This document shows positions 9,280-18,706 of a stretch of DNA of 64,000 nt, one piece after another. Source of the DNA: a virus. Its lineage: Duplodnaviria; Heunggongvirae; Uroviricota; Caudoviricetes. The notes below the pieces were generated by a model. It searched no databases. It was not told where the DNA came from and worked only from the letters and a program-made list of their open reading frames with translations. The stretch covers positions 1-64,000 of the IMG/VR virus record IMGVR_UViG_3300048838_001248. The stretch is one strand, 5' to 3'. The position numbers and the translations under genes were made by a program. Position 1 is the first letter of the stretch, and each line of letters opens with the position of its first letter.

Positions 9280-9404
9280 AAAATCTCACTGGCGTACAAC
9301 CACCAGTAAATCTGGTGCAAAGAAAAGTGTTAAAGTACAAACAAGTTTTGTCAAAAGACCTAAAAGTGGTTTGGCAAGAAAGAAAAGTAAATAAATTTAA
9401 AACT

Positions 9405-9701
9405 ATGAAACGTAATTTTTTATTATTCGCAGTATTTGCAATCATTGTGTTATTAATTTCAAGCTGTGCGCATGTTGTTGATGTCAGCACTTGCGTTGAA
9501 GGCACAAAAGAATATGGGTTTTGGAACGGACTCTGGCACGGCATAATTGCACCGTTCACGTTTATCGGACACTTGTTTAATCATGACATCGCTGTATTTG
9601 CCACCAATCTCAAAGGAAGTGGTGGTTGGTATTACTTCGGTTTTCTTTTGGGTGTTGGTGCATATAGTGGTGGTACTAAAATTACCTATAAAAACAAATA
9701 A
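9405..9701 (+). CDS. putative lipoprotein
   Basis: MKRNFLLFAVFAIIVLLISSC signal with lipobox Cys; Gly-rich C-terminus. Confidence 0.5.
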   Translation: MKRNFLLFAVFAIIVLLISSCAHVVDVSTCVEGTKEYGFWNGLWHGIIAPFTFIGHLFNHDIAVFATNLKGSGGWYYFGFLLGVGAYSGGTKITYKNK

Positions 9702-9703
9702 TT

Positions 9704-10033
9704 ATGATAGGAGAAATTAATCCAATAAAACCTTCAGAGGTTGTAGAAAAAAAATTGGCAGCGATTCCCAATGAAATGATTCAGGCTGTTAATGAAATGA
9801 TTGTTAAACATTGGGATGGTCATGAGGCAACATTTAAACAGGATGAACTTATTGAACGATATTTTGTGATAATAGATAAACCAAATTCTCAAAGTAATCG
9901 TGAAATACTTTTTGAGAATCGTTTCTTAAATTTCGAACCTATTTTCGAAAAAGAAGGCTGGAATGTTAAATATGACAAACCGGGGTTTAATGAAAATTAT
10001 CCTTCTACTTTTACATTTAAAGTAAAAAAATAA
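9704..10033 (+). CDS. hypothetical protein
   Basis: 109-aa ORF. Confidence 0.5.
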   Translation: MIGEINPIKPSEVVEKKLAAIPNEMIQAVNEMIVKHWDGHEATFKQDELIERYFVIIDKPNSQSNREILFENRFLNFEPIFEKEGWNVKYDKPGFNENYPSTFTFKVKK

Positions 10034-10041
10034 TAAAAATA

Positions 10042-10072
10042 TTTGTATATTAAATAAATTGAATTATATTTG
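10042..10072 (+). promoter_or_regulatory. host-type Bacteroidota sigma-A promoter
   Basis: TTTG-N19-TATATTTG before gene 10111. Confidence 0.5.
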
Positions 10073-10110
10073 CAGTCTCTAATTAATTGTTTAACTTAAA
10101 ACCTGTAGTT

Positions 10111-11049
10111 ATGAAGAAGAATTCTTTAACCCCGAATAAAGGTCTTAGCCTTTCACAAGCACAGTCAATTTCTAACCTCTGTCACCAGAGTGCACTTGAG
10201 ATTGCTGCTCAACTTATTGTTGTAAACAACCTCAAGAAAACCGTAAAGGTTGAAGGCGAGGATAAGGTACTTGTTACCCCTAAACCACTCCCTGCTGACG
10301 TGGTTGTTCTGTTAAAGAAAAAGGCAGGTCTTCATGCTTGTCAGGCATTCCTGATGGAAAACATTAAAGCAAAGGATGCTATGCTGAAAAAGGCACGTAC
10401 TGAAAGTGCCGATGTATCAGCCATTATATATCCTGAAAGACCTAAATTCGTTGACCCGGTTGTAGGTTCTCTGGCAGATGTTGACGAGAATTGGGGTTGG
10501 GAGCAACTTAGTGCTGCTGAACTCAATGAGTTCATGGAAGCCGAAGCATTTGCTGCTCACATTGGTCAGTTCATTCACAAGGATGGTATTCTGACTGGAT
10601 TGAGGAACGAACTTCCTAACATCCCTGCCATTGAGTGGATGGTGATTAAGGATGGTGTGAAGACTCCTGTTGACATCACAGTGCATCATGAATCAATCAA
10701 ACTGCTTGAGATTCACAATGAACTTGCACAGGCTCACCGTGAGTATGAGCAGCGTGTGAACTACTTCAAAGCAAAGGTGAAAAACCTTACCACTGCCGAG
10801 AATGCACGTATTGCAAAGCATAATGCTGACATTCAGAATGCTGCTGCAAAAACCAACAATGATTTGCAGGTTACATACGAAACCCAAACGAAGAAGGCTA
10901 ATGAGCAGGTCAACGATATTCGTGCTGAGTTTGAAAAAACTCGTCAGGCGAAAATCGCAGAAATCGCAGCAATGCGTATCTCAATTGACCCACGCTTTCA
11001 GGCAACCATTGATGAGTTTCTAACAAAACTCCCTGACAGTCAGGAATAA
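10111..11049 (+). CDS. hypothetical protein (host-promoter-driven)
   Basis: Follows TTTG-N19-TATATTTG promoter and precedes a strong terminator; GC slightly higher than surroundings. Confidence 0.55.
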   Translation: MKKNSLTPNKGLSLSQAQSISNLCHQSALEIAAQLIVVNNLKKTVKVEGEDKVLVTPKPLPADVVVLLKKKAGLHACQAFLMENIKAKDAMLKKARTESADVSAIIYPERPKFVDPVVGSLADVDENWGWEQLSAAELNEFMEAEAFAAHIGQFIHKDGILTGLRNELPNIPAIEWMVIKDGVKTPVDITVHHESIKLLEIHNELAQAHREYEQRVNYFKAKVKNLTTAENARIAKHNADIQNAAAKTNNDLQVTYETQTKKANEQVNDIRAEFEKTRQAKIAEIAAMRISIDPRFQATIDEFLTKLPDSQE

Positions 11050-11061
11050 AAACTAAGGTAA

Positions 11062-11098
11062 GGGACAGATAGAGCACAAGCCGAGTCTGTCCCTTTTT
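11062..11098 (+). terminator. intrinsic terminator
   Basis: GGGACAGA..TCTGTCCC then T5. Confidence 0.6.
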
Positions 11099-11099
11099 A

Positions 11100-11400
11100 C
11101 GCTTAGTGATAGGTTCTTTTACATATATATGAAAGTTATATAAACTAACATTCGTTGTTGTATCCTTCGGGGTATGACGACTCCTTGGTAAACCGCTTCT
11201 CCAGCAAACCCAATAGTCTTTTTGGCTTCCTACATAAGAAGACCAAGACGTGGAATAAGTTACACACACCTTCGGGTAGATAATTAGTCCACAAAACAAG
11301 ACATGGATTTTGCCTTTGACCTTGTAGCTGGAGAAGGTCTTTGCTCTTGACGTTGGTTTTGACCTCGACTATATAAACCTATCACTAAGCGACTTTTTTT
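11100..11400 (+). ncRNA. structured RNA / inverted-repeat-bounded element
   Basis: 16-bp perfect inverted repeat (11100-11115 / 11376-11391) closing about 260 nt, then T-run; internal 10-bp pairing and two UUCG-type hairpins. Confidence 0.4.
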
Positions 11401-11408
11401 ATTATATT

Positions 11409-11439
11409 TTGTAACATTTTCAATTTATTTCTGTATAAT
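11409..11439 (+). promoter_or_regulatory. phage ECF-type promoter
   Basis: TTGTAAC-N16-TGTATAAT. Confidence 0.55.
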
Positions 11440-11467
11440 TTTTTTATGAAAGCATGCGATATTTGTG

Positions 11468-11770
11468 ATGAGCAGGGAAGAAATTAATGAATTATTATTG
11501 GTAGAATTACCGGAAGCCAAGCAAAGTAATGTGCTGAGTGATGCGCTCAAATCTTTATTTTATGTGATATGTAGAAGAACTGTTGAATCCGATAGATATA
11601 AATTTCTTAACGATGACCGGAAATATGATTGTGTTTTAAATGCTTATGAAGCATGCACAAAACATGCAATCAAATTCAATCCAGAAAAATCCAATGATGC
11701 GTATAGTTACGTCAATATAATAATAAGAAGTTCAATTGCTGGAACAATAATTAAATTGAAAAAATCATGA
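11468..11770 (+). CDS. hypothetical protein
   Basis: Promoter at 11409-11439. Confidence 0.5.
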   Translation: MSREEINELLLVELPEAKQSNVLSDALKSLFYVICRRTVESDRYKFLNDDRKYDCVLNAYEACTKHAIKFNPEKSNDAYSYVNIIIRSSIAGTIIKLKKS

Positions 11771-12090
11771 AAAAGTTATTAGTGTTATTATCAATTTTCT
11801 TTCTTGTATTATCATGTACAACAAACGAAAAACCTGTGGTTAAAGAAAAGGATGATTTTCTTAAAGTTTACGAACATCATGATACTCCCACAACCCAAGA
11901 AACAACCAGCGAAAATGTATCGTATTGGTTTGTTGTTGTTGAAAGGAAAAATGGCGAGGGTAAATTAAATGCATTCATTAAACAAGAACATAGATATTTT
12001 TCACAGAGTGAAGCCAAAGCTGCTTTTGGTGGTGAAGTGTTCATTTTGAACATGGTCAAAATTGATAAAGAAACCTACGAAAAAAATTAA
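11767..12090 (+). CDS. putative lipoprotein
   Basis: MKKLLVLLSIFFLVLSC lipobox. Confidence 0.5.
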   Translation: MKKLLVLLSIFFLVLSCTTNEKPVVKEKDDFLKVYEHHDTPTTQETTSENVSYWFVVVERKNGEGKLNAFIKQEHRYFSQSEAKAAFGGEVFILNMVKIDKETYEKN

Positions 12091-12093
12091 ATT

Positions 12094-12381
12094 ATGAATA
12101 CACTCATTTGGATATTTGAAAATTTAAGAGGAATTGGATTCCCGATTGGTTGGATGTTTGGAATGTTAATTCAATTAATATTATTTCCATTATTTTTGGA
12201 AAAATTTAAAGCCGATGCATCGTGGTGGACTCCACAATTAATTGGACTTACAATAACATTTATTATTGTCGGAGTTCTAAATAGAAAAATTGTTGTTCCT
12301 TGGTTTAAGAAAACATTAAGCCTTTTTATCCTCTGGATTAAGAAACAATTAAATTATTTCATAATTTGGCTGAAAAAATAA
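12094..12381 (+). CDS. membrane protein
   Basis: Two to three TM helices. Confidence 0.5.
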   Translation: MNTLIWIFENLRGIGFPIGWMFGMLIQLILFPLFLEKFKADASWWTPQLIGLTITFIIVGVLNRKIVVPWFKKTLSLFILWIKKQLNYFIIWLKK

Positions 12382-12400
12382 TAACATTTTGATTTTATAA

Positions 12401-13441
12401 ATGGAAACACTATTAGATAGAGACACTTTCCGTGAGTCCGTCTTCGAAAGAGACGGGCATCTTTGCGTTATCTGTGGTGAACCTGCGAAAGACGCTCACC
12501 ACATAATAGAACGCAGACTCTTTTCTAATGGTGGTTACTTTATTAATAATGGTGCAAGTCTCTGTGAAAAGCACCATATTCTTGCAGAACAAACAACACT
12601 TACTTGTGATGAAATCAGAAAAGCAGCAAAAATCGAAACAGTCGTTCTCCCCGAACACTTCTATTCGGACGTTGAATATGATAAATGGGGGAATGAAATT
12701 CTTCGAAATGGCACAAGAATCAAAGGCGATTTATTTGATGACCCGTCAGTACAAAAAATATTAAAACAAGGAAATGTTTTAAATCTTTTTGCTGACAGGG
12801 TTAAATATCCCCGAACTTTTCATCTACCTTGGTCTCCCGGAATGAATAGGGATGATAGACAAATGACTGACGTATCAATATTTGAGGGTCAACAAGTCAT
12901 GATTTGTGAGAAACTTGATGGCGAAAACACCACATGGTATCGGGATTATATGCATGCAAGGTCTTTAGATAGTGATAGTCATCCCAGCCGTACTTGGGTT
13001 AAGAACCTCTGGGCACAACATGGTTACGAAATTCCCGAAGGTTGGCGTGTTTGTGGCGAAAATATGTATGCCAAGCATGCAATTCATTATACCAAAGAAA
13101 ATAAAAATGCACTACAAACGTATTTTTATATGTTTAGTATTTGGAACGAAAAGAATTTTTGCTTATCTTGGGACGAAACTGAAGAATGGGCAGAACTTCT
13201 CGGACTTACACTTGTACCTGTTTTTTATAAAGGTATTTGGGATATGAGTGTTATTGAAGAACTTAATAAAAGAATGGAAGGAAGTCCAAATATTGTTGAG
13301 GGTTATGTTGTTAGACTTACAAGAGAATATCATTATAGCGAATTTAGAAATGTTTGTGGAAAATATGTACGCAAGAATCACGTACAGAATAATCACGGAC
13401 ACTGGAGTACACAAAAAATAATAAAAAATGAACTTGTTTAG
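12401..13441 (+). CDS. HNH endonuclease fused to ATP-dependent RNA/polynucleotide ligase
   Basis: N-terminal HNH (C..C..HH..N..LC..HH); ligase motif I KLDGEN, motif IV EGYVVR, motif V KYVRK. Confidence 0.65.
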   Translation: METLLDRDTFRESVFERDGHLCVICGEPAKDAHHIIERRLFSNGGYFINNGASLCEKHHILAEQTTLTCDEIRKAAKIETVVLPEHFYSDVEYDKWGNEILRNGTRIKGDLFDDPSVQKILKQGNVLNLFADRVKYPRTFHLPWSPGMNRDDRQMTDVSIFEGQQVMICEKLDGENTTWYRDYMHARSLDSDSHPSRTWVKNLWAQHGYEIPEGWRVCGENMYAKHAIHYTKENKNALQTYFYMFSIWNEKNFCLSWDETEEWAELLGLTLVPVFYKGIWDMSVIEELNKRMEGSPNIVEGYVVRLTREYHYSEFRNVCGKYVRKNHVQNNHGHWSTQKIIKNELV

Positions 13442-13640
13442 TAAGAAAATAAAAAGGGAAAGCCGATTGTTTAATGCAATTAAGGCTTTGATTGAAGAAG
13501 CCAACCCGGATTTTAAAATTCCTACAAATCAACCGGAATTAAAAGTAGTTCATATAAACGAAGAACCGGAATTTTTTCCTTCTACGGAAGAAGAATTGTT
13601 CATGCATATTAAACGTGACGAACGAAATGACGAAATTTGA
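13428..13640 (+). CDS. hypothetical protein
   Basis: 70-aa ORF. Confidence 0.4.
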   Translation: MNLFSKKIKRESRLFNAIKALIEEANPDFKIPTNQPELKVVHINEEPEFFPSTEEELFMHIKRDERNDEI

Positions 13641-13812
13641 ACTATCTCCAAAAGAAGTGGAAGCCTATGAAAAATTCGTAAAGGGTCTTCCAAAAAAATA
13701 CCGTAGTATGCCAAAACAAATGATTTTTTCGTTTGGAAACGGAATCGGTGTTGGCGTAAAAATAAAAGTTGGTGATAAGGAAAAAGACATAACAGATTAT
13801 AATACATGGTAA
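13615..13812 (+). CDS. hypothetical protein
   Basis: 65-aa ORF overlapping upstream gene end; start uncertain. Confidence 0.35.
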   Translation: MTNEMTKFELSPKEVEAYEKFVKGLPKKYRSMPKQMIFSFGNGIGVGVKIKVGDKEKDITDYNTW

Positions 13813-13813
13813 T

Positions 13814-14236
13814 ATGAATAAGATTGAAGAAATATTTATAAAGCATCGCTTTAATACCGGAAGAATGATAAGCGGTTCAAAATCTGGATACCGTCATAGA
13901 CATCCTGAGAATGAAGTAATTTTTAACGCCAGAATTTTTACACCAAAAAAACATCTTATCTGGTGGGGTGATTTAGATATCACACTTGATTATAAAAAAT
14001 TACAAGAAGTCTGCAATGAAATCAATGAGGAATTGCTTATAACTACAGAAAGTATCAGTTGGTATGCTGAAACAAAAAAATATTCAGAAATTGAAAAATA
14101 TGGTAGTTTTAAGTTTAAACCAAAATCTGAAACATATTTAAAGAGACTGTATGATGGTTATGATAGCGTTATGGCAGGTAATATGACCATTATTACAAGC
14201 AAAGGTATTGATTGGCAGGAAGTTAAAATAGTATAA
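13814..14236 (+). CDS. hypothetical protein
   Basis: 140-aa ORF. Confidence 0.5.
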   Translation: MNKIEEIFIKHRFNTGRMISGSKSGYRHRHPENEVIFNARIFTPKKHLIWWGDLDITLDYKKLQEVCNEINEELLITTESISWYAETKKYSEIEKYGSFKFKPKSETYLKRLYDGYDSVMAGNMTIITSKGIDWQEVKIV

Positions 14237-14237
14237 A

Positions 14238-14807
14238 ATGGAAAGAAGAAATTTTTTAAGAAATCTTGGTGGATTATTTGCAGTTTCATTGATGTCACCA
14301 AGCATCCTCAAAGCACTTGATAGGTCGAGTGGTACTGAGAGTACGTTAAAAATTGACGAAAAAACCACAGTTAAGTCACTCAGTGGCTCATTGGATATGC
14401 TGGATGCCGAACAAAAGGAATGGACGGAAGCATTTTTTAAATACTTGAAAAACAACAACGTTGGCTTTAAGTGGGAGAGAGTCTATTCTCCGATATTTGA
14501 AACAAAAGTTGGTCGTCTGTACGAATGTAGAGCACATAAAGTTGCAAATTTTCAAACATTTTGGGAGTTAAATGGCGTTCATGAAGTTCATATGCAAAGT
14601 TTTAGCGGTGGTACTTCAACGTATTACAGTCCTAAAACATTGGAAGAATATCGTGAAAAAATTTTTGCTGAAATCTGTATGGGCGTTAGAAACAGGAAAA
14701 GAGAAAGAGTATATGTGTATTCAATCATGCTAACTCCACAGATTTATGACCCGATGGGGGGTTTCCAAGCAATAAGAGGCGTTTGCATCAAAGGCGTTGA
14801 AATATGA
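14238..14807 (+). CDS. secreted protein with twin-arginine (Tat) signal
   Basis: [21 protein letters not shown] = RRxFLR Tat motif plus hydrophobic core. Confidence 0.5.
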   Translation: MERRNFLRNLGGLFAVSLMSPSILKALDRSSGTESTLKIDEKTTVKSLSGSLDMLDAEQKEWTEAFFKYLKNNNVGFKWERVYSPIFETKVGRLYECRAHKVANFQTFWELNGVHEVHMQSFSGGTSTYYSPKTLEEYREKIFAEICMGVRNRKRERVYVYSIMLTPQIYDPMGGFQAIRGVCIKGVEI

Positions 14808-15361
14808 AAAATCAGTTTGAAATAATTCCAGATGAACAGACTCCATTGGTAATTGAAGAACCTTCAATTAAAGAACACGGTGACTTGTATCGGGAATTCC
14901 TTGAGTTTGCAGAAAAACAGTATAATGCTGTGGGTTTAGCTGCAAACCAATGTAATTTGAATGGCAAGAGGTTTAATCATCGAATATTTGCTCTCAGAAA
15001 CGTAAAGGAAGGCACGTGGCGACTTATTATTGACCCGGTAATAACAGAATACATCGGGATAAATGAGAAGAAATTAGAGGGTTGTTTGACGTGGTTTGGC
15101 AGGGTAGTTCTTGCAGATAGATATCGTGCAGTTAAGGTTAAATATTACGATATTGAAGGAAATCTACATAGCGATGAAGTATATGGTGGATTCTCAGGAC
15201 AAATTTGGCAACATGAAATTAATCATCTCAATGGAGTTCCCGAAATAATTGTAGATATTAACTATAATTTAGCACACTCTAAAATTGGAAGAAATGACTT
15301 ATGTCCCTGTGATTCAGGTAAAAAATATAAACAGTGCTGTCTAAAATACGAAAATACTTAA
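14804..15361 (+). CDS. def: peptide deformylase with C-terminal SEC-C zinc motif
   Basis: PDF motifs [20 protein letters not shown]; C-terminal [13 protein letters not shown]. Confidence 0.75.
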   Translation: MKNQFEIIPDEQTPLVIEEPSIKEHGDLYREFLEFAEKQYNAVGLAANQCNLNGKRFNHRIFALRNVKEGTWRLIIDPVITEYIGINEKKLEGCLTWFGRVVLADRYRAVKVKYYDIEGNLHSDEVYGGFSGQIWQHEINHLNGVPEIIVDINYNLAHSKIGRNDLCPCDSGKKYKQCCLKYENT

Positions 15362-15367
15362 TATTTT

Positions 15368-15398
15368 TTGTAACATTTTAAAATATATTACGTATAAT
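15368..15398 (+). promoter_or_regulatory. phage ECF-type promoter
   Basis: TTGTAAC-N16-CGTATAAT. Confidence 0.6.
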
Positions 15399-15429
15399 CG
15401 ACAAAATATGTGTAACTAAAAACAAAAAA

Positions 15430-15999
15430 ATGAAAAGAATTATTGGATTACTCTCGATTTTTGCCTTGATGTTGGTTGTAGTACCTACACAGGCACAGAC
15501 CCCCAAACAGGTTGGCGACCCTACGTCTTATATGACTGCAGACCAACTGGCAAAGTATTACAGTGACATCAAAGTTGCTGAACTCGAAAAGAAACTCGAA
15601 ACCTATGGAAATTGGGTAGGTGTTGGTGGAGAAGTGGGAAATGCAATTAAAGAAGGTTTGACTGCTGTTGTTGATGTTGCAGATAAATTCAGTGAAACAA
15701 ATGTCGGCAAGTTTACAATGGTTTTGGTTGCATGGAAAGTCGTGGGAAAAGATTTTGTGAGAATTGTTTTGGGACTATTATTTATAATTGCATATACATT
15801 TCTAACATACAGGATTTACCAGAACATGTTTGTACCTAAACGAATATTAGTTGAAAATCCGGGTTTTCTTAAATATCCAAAAAAATATGAAGTGAAGACT
15901 CCTGACGATGGTTGGGATGGATATCAGTTCACCAAAGTACTGTTCCTATTGCTCTATATCGGTTCATTTGGAATAACATATGCCATCATGTTCGGGTAA
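15430..15999 (+). CDS. signal-peptide membrane protein
   Basis: N-terminal signal peptide, C-terminal TM helices; promoter at 15368-15398. Confidence 0.5.
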   Translation: MKRIIGLLSIFALMLVVVPTQAQTPKQVGDPTSYMTADQLAKYYSDIKVAELEKKLETYGNWVGVGGEVGNAIKEGLTAVVDVADKFSETNVGKFTMVLVAWKVVGKDFVRIVLGLLFIIAYTFLTYRIYQNMFVPKRILVENPGFLKYPKKYEVKTPDDGWDGYQFTKVLFLLLYIGSFGITYAIMFG

Positions 16000-16021
16000 T
16001 CACACCCTGAAATAAACCAAA

Positions 16022-16047
16022 CCCCACCCAAAAAGTGGGGTTTTTTT
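16022..16047 (+). terminator. intrinsic terminator (T-run continues into next promoter -35)
   Basis: CCCCACCCAAAAAGTGGGG then T7. Confidence 0.6.
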
Positions 16048-16076
16048 GTAACATTTCTACTTGGTTTACGTATAAT
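16046..16076 (+). promoter_or_regulatory. phage ECF-type promoter fused to the upstream terminator
   Basis: Terminator T-run runs into the TTGTAAC box. Confidence 0.6.
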
Positions 16077-16081
16077 CACAT

Positions 16082-16693
16082 ATGAAAATACCACGACAAC
16101 ATATTGAAAGTCAAAAAAGTTTTGTTGAAAAACTTGAGAGCACTAAATTTATTCACTATCGTGACCTTTATAAGAATATCGACAGAAGTAACTTTCAGGT
16201 CTGTACTAAAGTAGATTTCAAAGCAATTGAAATGAAACCGGAGCACAAAAGTATTCACGAAACTTGGGGTAGATTAAAGCACGAAAGTGTTCTTACCTAC
16301 GAACATACAAGTAAAACTGGTAGCCAGTACTTCATTGATGATAACGATAATGTTTATAGGTTTTCAAACCATTGGGGTGCTGTTGCAAGCTGTGAATGGA
16401 CACGTGAAGGCAAGGGTCAGTTAATGATGAGCATATTTGAATCTGGTGATTGGGAAATTGGTGTTGCAAACCTCAAAGATTTTAAGATTTTCAGAAGGAA
16501 AAACGATAGAAGGGTTGATGTTATTTTGAATCCAGAATGGATTAATCAAATGAAGAAGGTTATTCCCACCAGAAAAAAATTGGCAACATTAAAAGGTAGT
16601 CCAGATTTTTTAAATCTACCAGTTGAAGACAAGAAATTTATTGGAGAAAATTACGGTTTTTTTAATTCACGATTTAAAGAAATAGAATCATGA
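16082..16693 (+). CDS. hypothetical protein
   Basis: Promoter at 16046-16076. Confidence 0.55.
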   Translation: MKIPRQHIESQKSFVEKLESTKFIHYRDLYKNIDRSNFQVCTKVDFKAIEMKPEHKSIHETWGRLKHESVLTYEHTSKTGSQYFIDDNDNVYRFSNHWGAVASCEWTREGKGQLMMSIFESGDWEIGVANLKDFKIFRRKNDRRVDVILNPEWINQMKKVIPTRKKLATLKGSPDFLNLPVEDKKFIGENYGFFNSRFKEIES

Positions 16694-16905
16694 AAAAATT
16701 TACTGAAACAATGAAAAGATATTTTACCGATTACAGGTATTGGGTAAAACTCATTTTATGCGGGATTGTGATTTTTTCTATTCCACAGTTTTGGATAGTA
16801 CTAATTGCAATAGGTTTAATTTGGTCACTATAAATGTGTGACTTAAAAATAAATTTGGAGATTATAAAATAATTACTTATTTTCGTAACGTAAATACAAA
16901 TCAAA

Positions 16906-17316
16906 ATGGATAAGTTCACAGTATATGATAGGTATCAAAGCAAAAAGGGTCGTAAGATTGCTTACAATCCACTGAAACATATTTCAAATAAAGACGAAGC
17001 CAAAGCGTTGAGAAGAATTATGTCGAGAACCGGAATGAGTGAAGAACAAATTAGACTTCATCCAAAATTCCGTAAAGAACTTTCCGAAATACAAAAAGAT
17101 GGTCAGATTGCCAAAAAAAGCGAGACCGAAAAATTTTATCAGGAACTCATAAAGGAAGCCTGTAAGAAAACCGGACTTGTTCCACAGCATCCAGATACAT
17201 TGAAGGTTCTTAATGAAATAATTAAAGAAAGAAGTGGAAGAAGTTGGGGAAAGCGTTTCTTCACATATCGACACCTGAGTACCGCAGAAAGTATAGTCAA
17301 ATACTATTCAAAATAA
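16906..17316 (+). CDS. hypothetical basic protein
   Basis: 136-aa ORF. Confidence 0.5.
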   Translation: MDKFTVYDRYQSKKGRKIAYNPLKHISNKDEAKALRRIMSRTGMSEEQIRLHPKFRKELSEIQKDGQIAKKSETEKFYQELIKEACKKTGLVPQHPDTLKVLNEIIKERSGRSWGKRFFTYRHLSTAESIVKYYSK

Positions 17317-17334
17317 GAAAAAATTAGAAAAAAT

Positions 17335-17664
17335 ATGAAAAGAACACCGGAAGAACAGCATCTACATGAATTCGTAGAGTCATATTTGACTCCACTTAGA
17401 GAAGAAATTAAAGAACTTCGCAGTAAACTCAAAGAGATTCAAAAGGAACATGATGCAACACAGCAGAGGGTTTATGATAGAACCTTGGATATGGTGGATG
17501 ACCATATCATGACCGTTGAAGAGTGGCAAAATGCTGTTGAAGATGGTTATTTTGAAAATGAAGACGGTAGTGGGTATTGGGTTAAGAATAATTTGGCTTG
17601 CAGGGATGAAGTTTTTAACTCTGAACCATTAGATGCGACACATATGGTTTGGTATAACAAATAA
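17335..17664 (+). CDS. hypothetical protein
   Basis: 109-aa ORF. Confidence 0.5.
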   Translation: MKRTPEEQHLHEFVESYLTPLREEIKELRSKLKEIQKEHDATQQRVYDRTLDMVDDHIMTVEEWQNAVEDGYFENEDGSGYWVKNNLACRDEVFNSEPLDATHMVWYNK

Positions 17665-17673
17665 ATTGAAGAC

Positions 17674-17883
17674 ATGAACAGTAAGATAAGCAGTATTATC
17701 GCCATTGGCATGCATTTCATGAATGAGATGGAAACTCGCTCTGAAAACTGGAAGGATAGGATTCGTGCTGAATGGGAGAACAGCAAAAATTACCCAAGAA
17801 AGAAAAAGAAAAGAGTTAGAAAAGAACTGGTAGTGGAATGGAGTATTGCATGTTGGAGTCCTTTTGATGACCTTAAATTTTAA
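17674..17883 (+). CDS. hypothetical protein
   Basis: 69-aa ORF. Confidence 0.45.
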   Translation: MNSKISSIIAIGMHFMNEMETRSENWKDRIRAEWENSKNYPRKKKKRVRKELVVEWSIACWSPFDDLKF

Positions 17884-17889
17884 ATAAAA

Positions 17890-18111
17890 ATGAAAGAAGA
17901 GGAATTAAAAAATCAGAATACGTTCTTTAAATATGGAGAAAATGTTTGGTATGACCACCAATTCGACTTCCAGATAACCTTTACTAAGGGAATGGCAGTC
18001 CTATCACATCATTGTGAAGTTAAGGGCGATACTTGGTTTATTAAGTATCTTAAAAATCTGGAAGACCTCAAGAAAGTTTATGAAGCAATAAATGATACAG
18101 AATTCAAATGA
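17890..18111 (+). CDS. hypothetical protein
   Basis: 73-aa ORF. Confidence 0.45.
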   Translation: MKEEELKNQNTFFKYGENVWYDHQFDFQITFTKGMAVLSHHCEVKGDTWFIKYLKNLEDLKKVYEAINDTEFK

Positions 18112-18500
18112 TGCCTTACGAATATATTGTAAATCTTATTGTGTCAGGTGTTAAGTTCAAGTACCTGAGTTATGACCATCGTGCTGCAGTCGAAGAATTA
18201 AAAGGTAATCCAAGTAATTTGAACGTAGGTCACTTGGGAAATCACATGTTTTCACCACCAGAAGAACACTGGATTATTCCTGATGAAATAAAACAAAACC
18301 ATTTGGTTTGGCGTACCGGAAAAATAAGAGATGTGTCATTCAATCCCAATGGGAAGATGTTTAAATTCAGAATTGGAGCACGAAGAGCCAAAGCGTTCTA
18401 TCTCAGTGATTTCGGTGTAAACGTCAAGCCAATAATTTTTAAATCTGACGATAACTTGAATTTAATTAATCAAGGACTTGCAATAGAGGATAAGATATGA
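18108..18500 (+). CDS. hypothetical protein
   Basis: 130-aa ORF. Confidence 0.5.
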   Translation: MMPYEYIVNLIVSGVKFKYLSYDHRAAVEELKGNPSNLNVGHLGNHMFSPPEEHWIIPDEIKQNHLVWRTGKIRDVSFNPNGKMFKFRIGARRAKAFYLSDFGVNVKPIIFKSDDNLNLINQGLAIEDKI

Positions 18501-18655
18501 AAGAAGAAAAGAAACAAAAGAGGGAAGAAGATATAAAATTAGGCTATATCTGTAAATCATGTCTCGAACCAATCAGAGATAAAAGCAAGTGGGGAAAACC
18601 TACTCTTTGTCAGGGTTGTGAAGATGCAGTTGAGCATGGAATTTCATGGCATTAA
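18497..18655 (+). CDS. small zinc-ribbon protein (52 aa)
   Basis: CxxC...CxxC; ATGA overlap; not in track. Confidence 0.4.
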   Translation: MKEEKKQKREEDIKLGYICKSCLEPIRDKSKWGKPTLCQGCEDAVEHGISWH

Positions 18656-18669
18656 TTAATGGTAATATT

Positions 18670-18700
18670 TTGTAACATTTTCAATTTATTTCCGTATAAT
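18670..18700 (+). promoter_or_regulatory. phage ECF-type promoter
   Basis: TTGTAAC-N16-CGTATAAT. Confidence 0.6.
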
Positions 18701-18706
18701 AGAAAA

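Noticed and set aside
10910-11299. 129-aa minus-strand ORF
   Set aside because: Lies antisense within the inverted-repeat-bounded structured element and the terminator of gene 10111..11049. No promoter and no operon context. It is more likely an open frame by chance.
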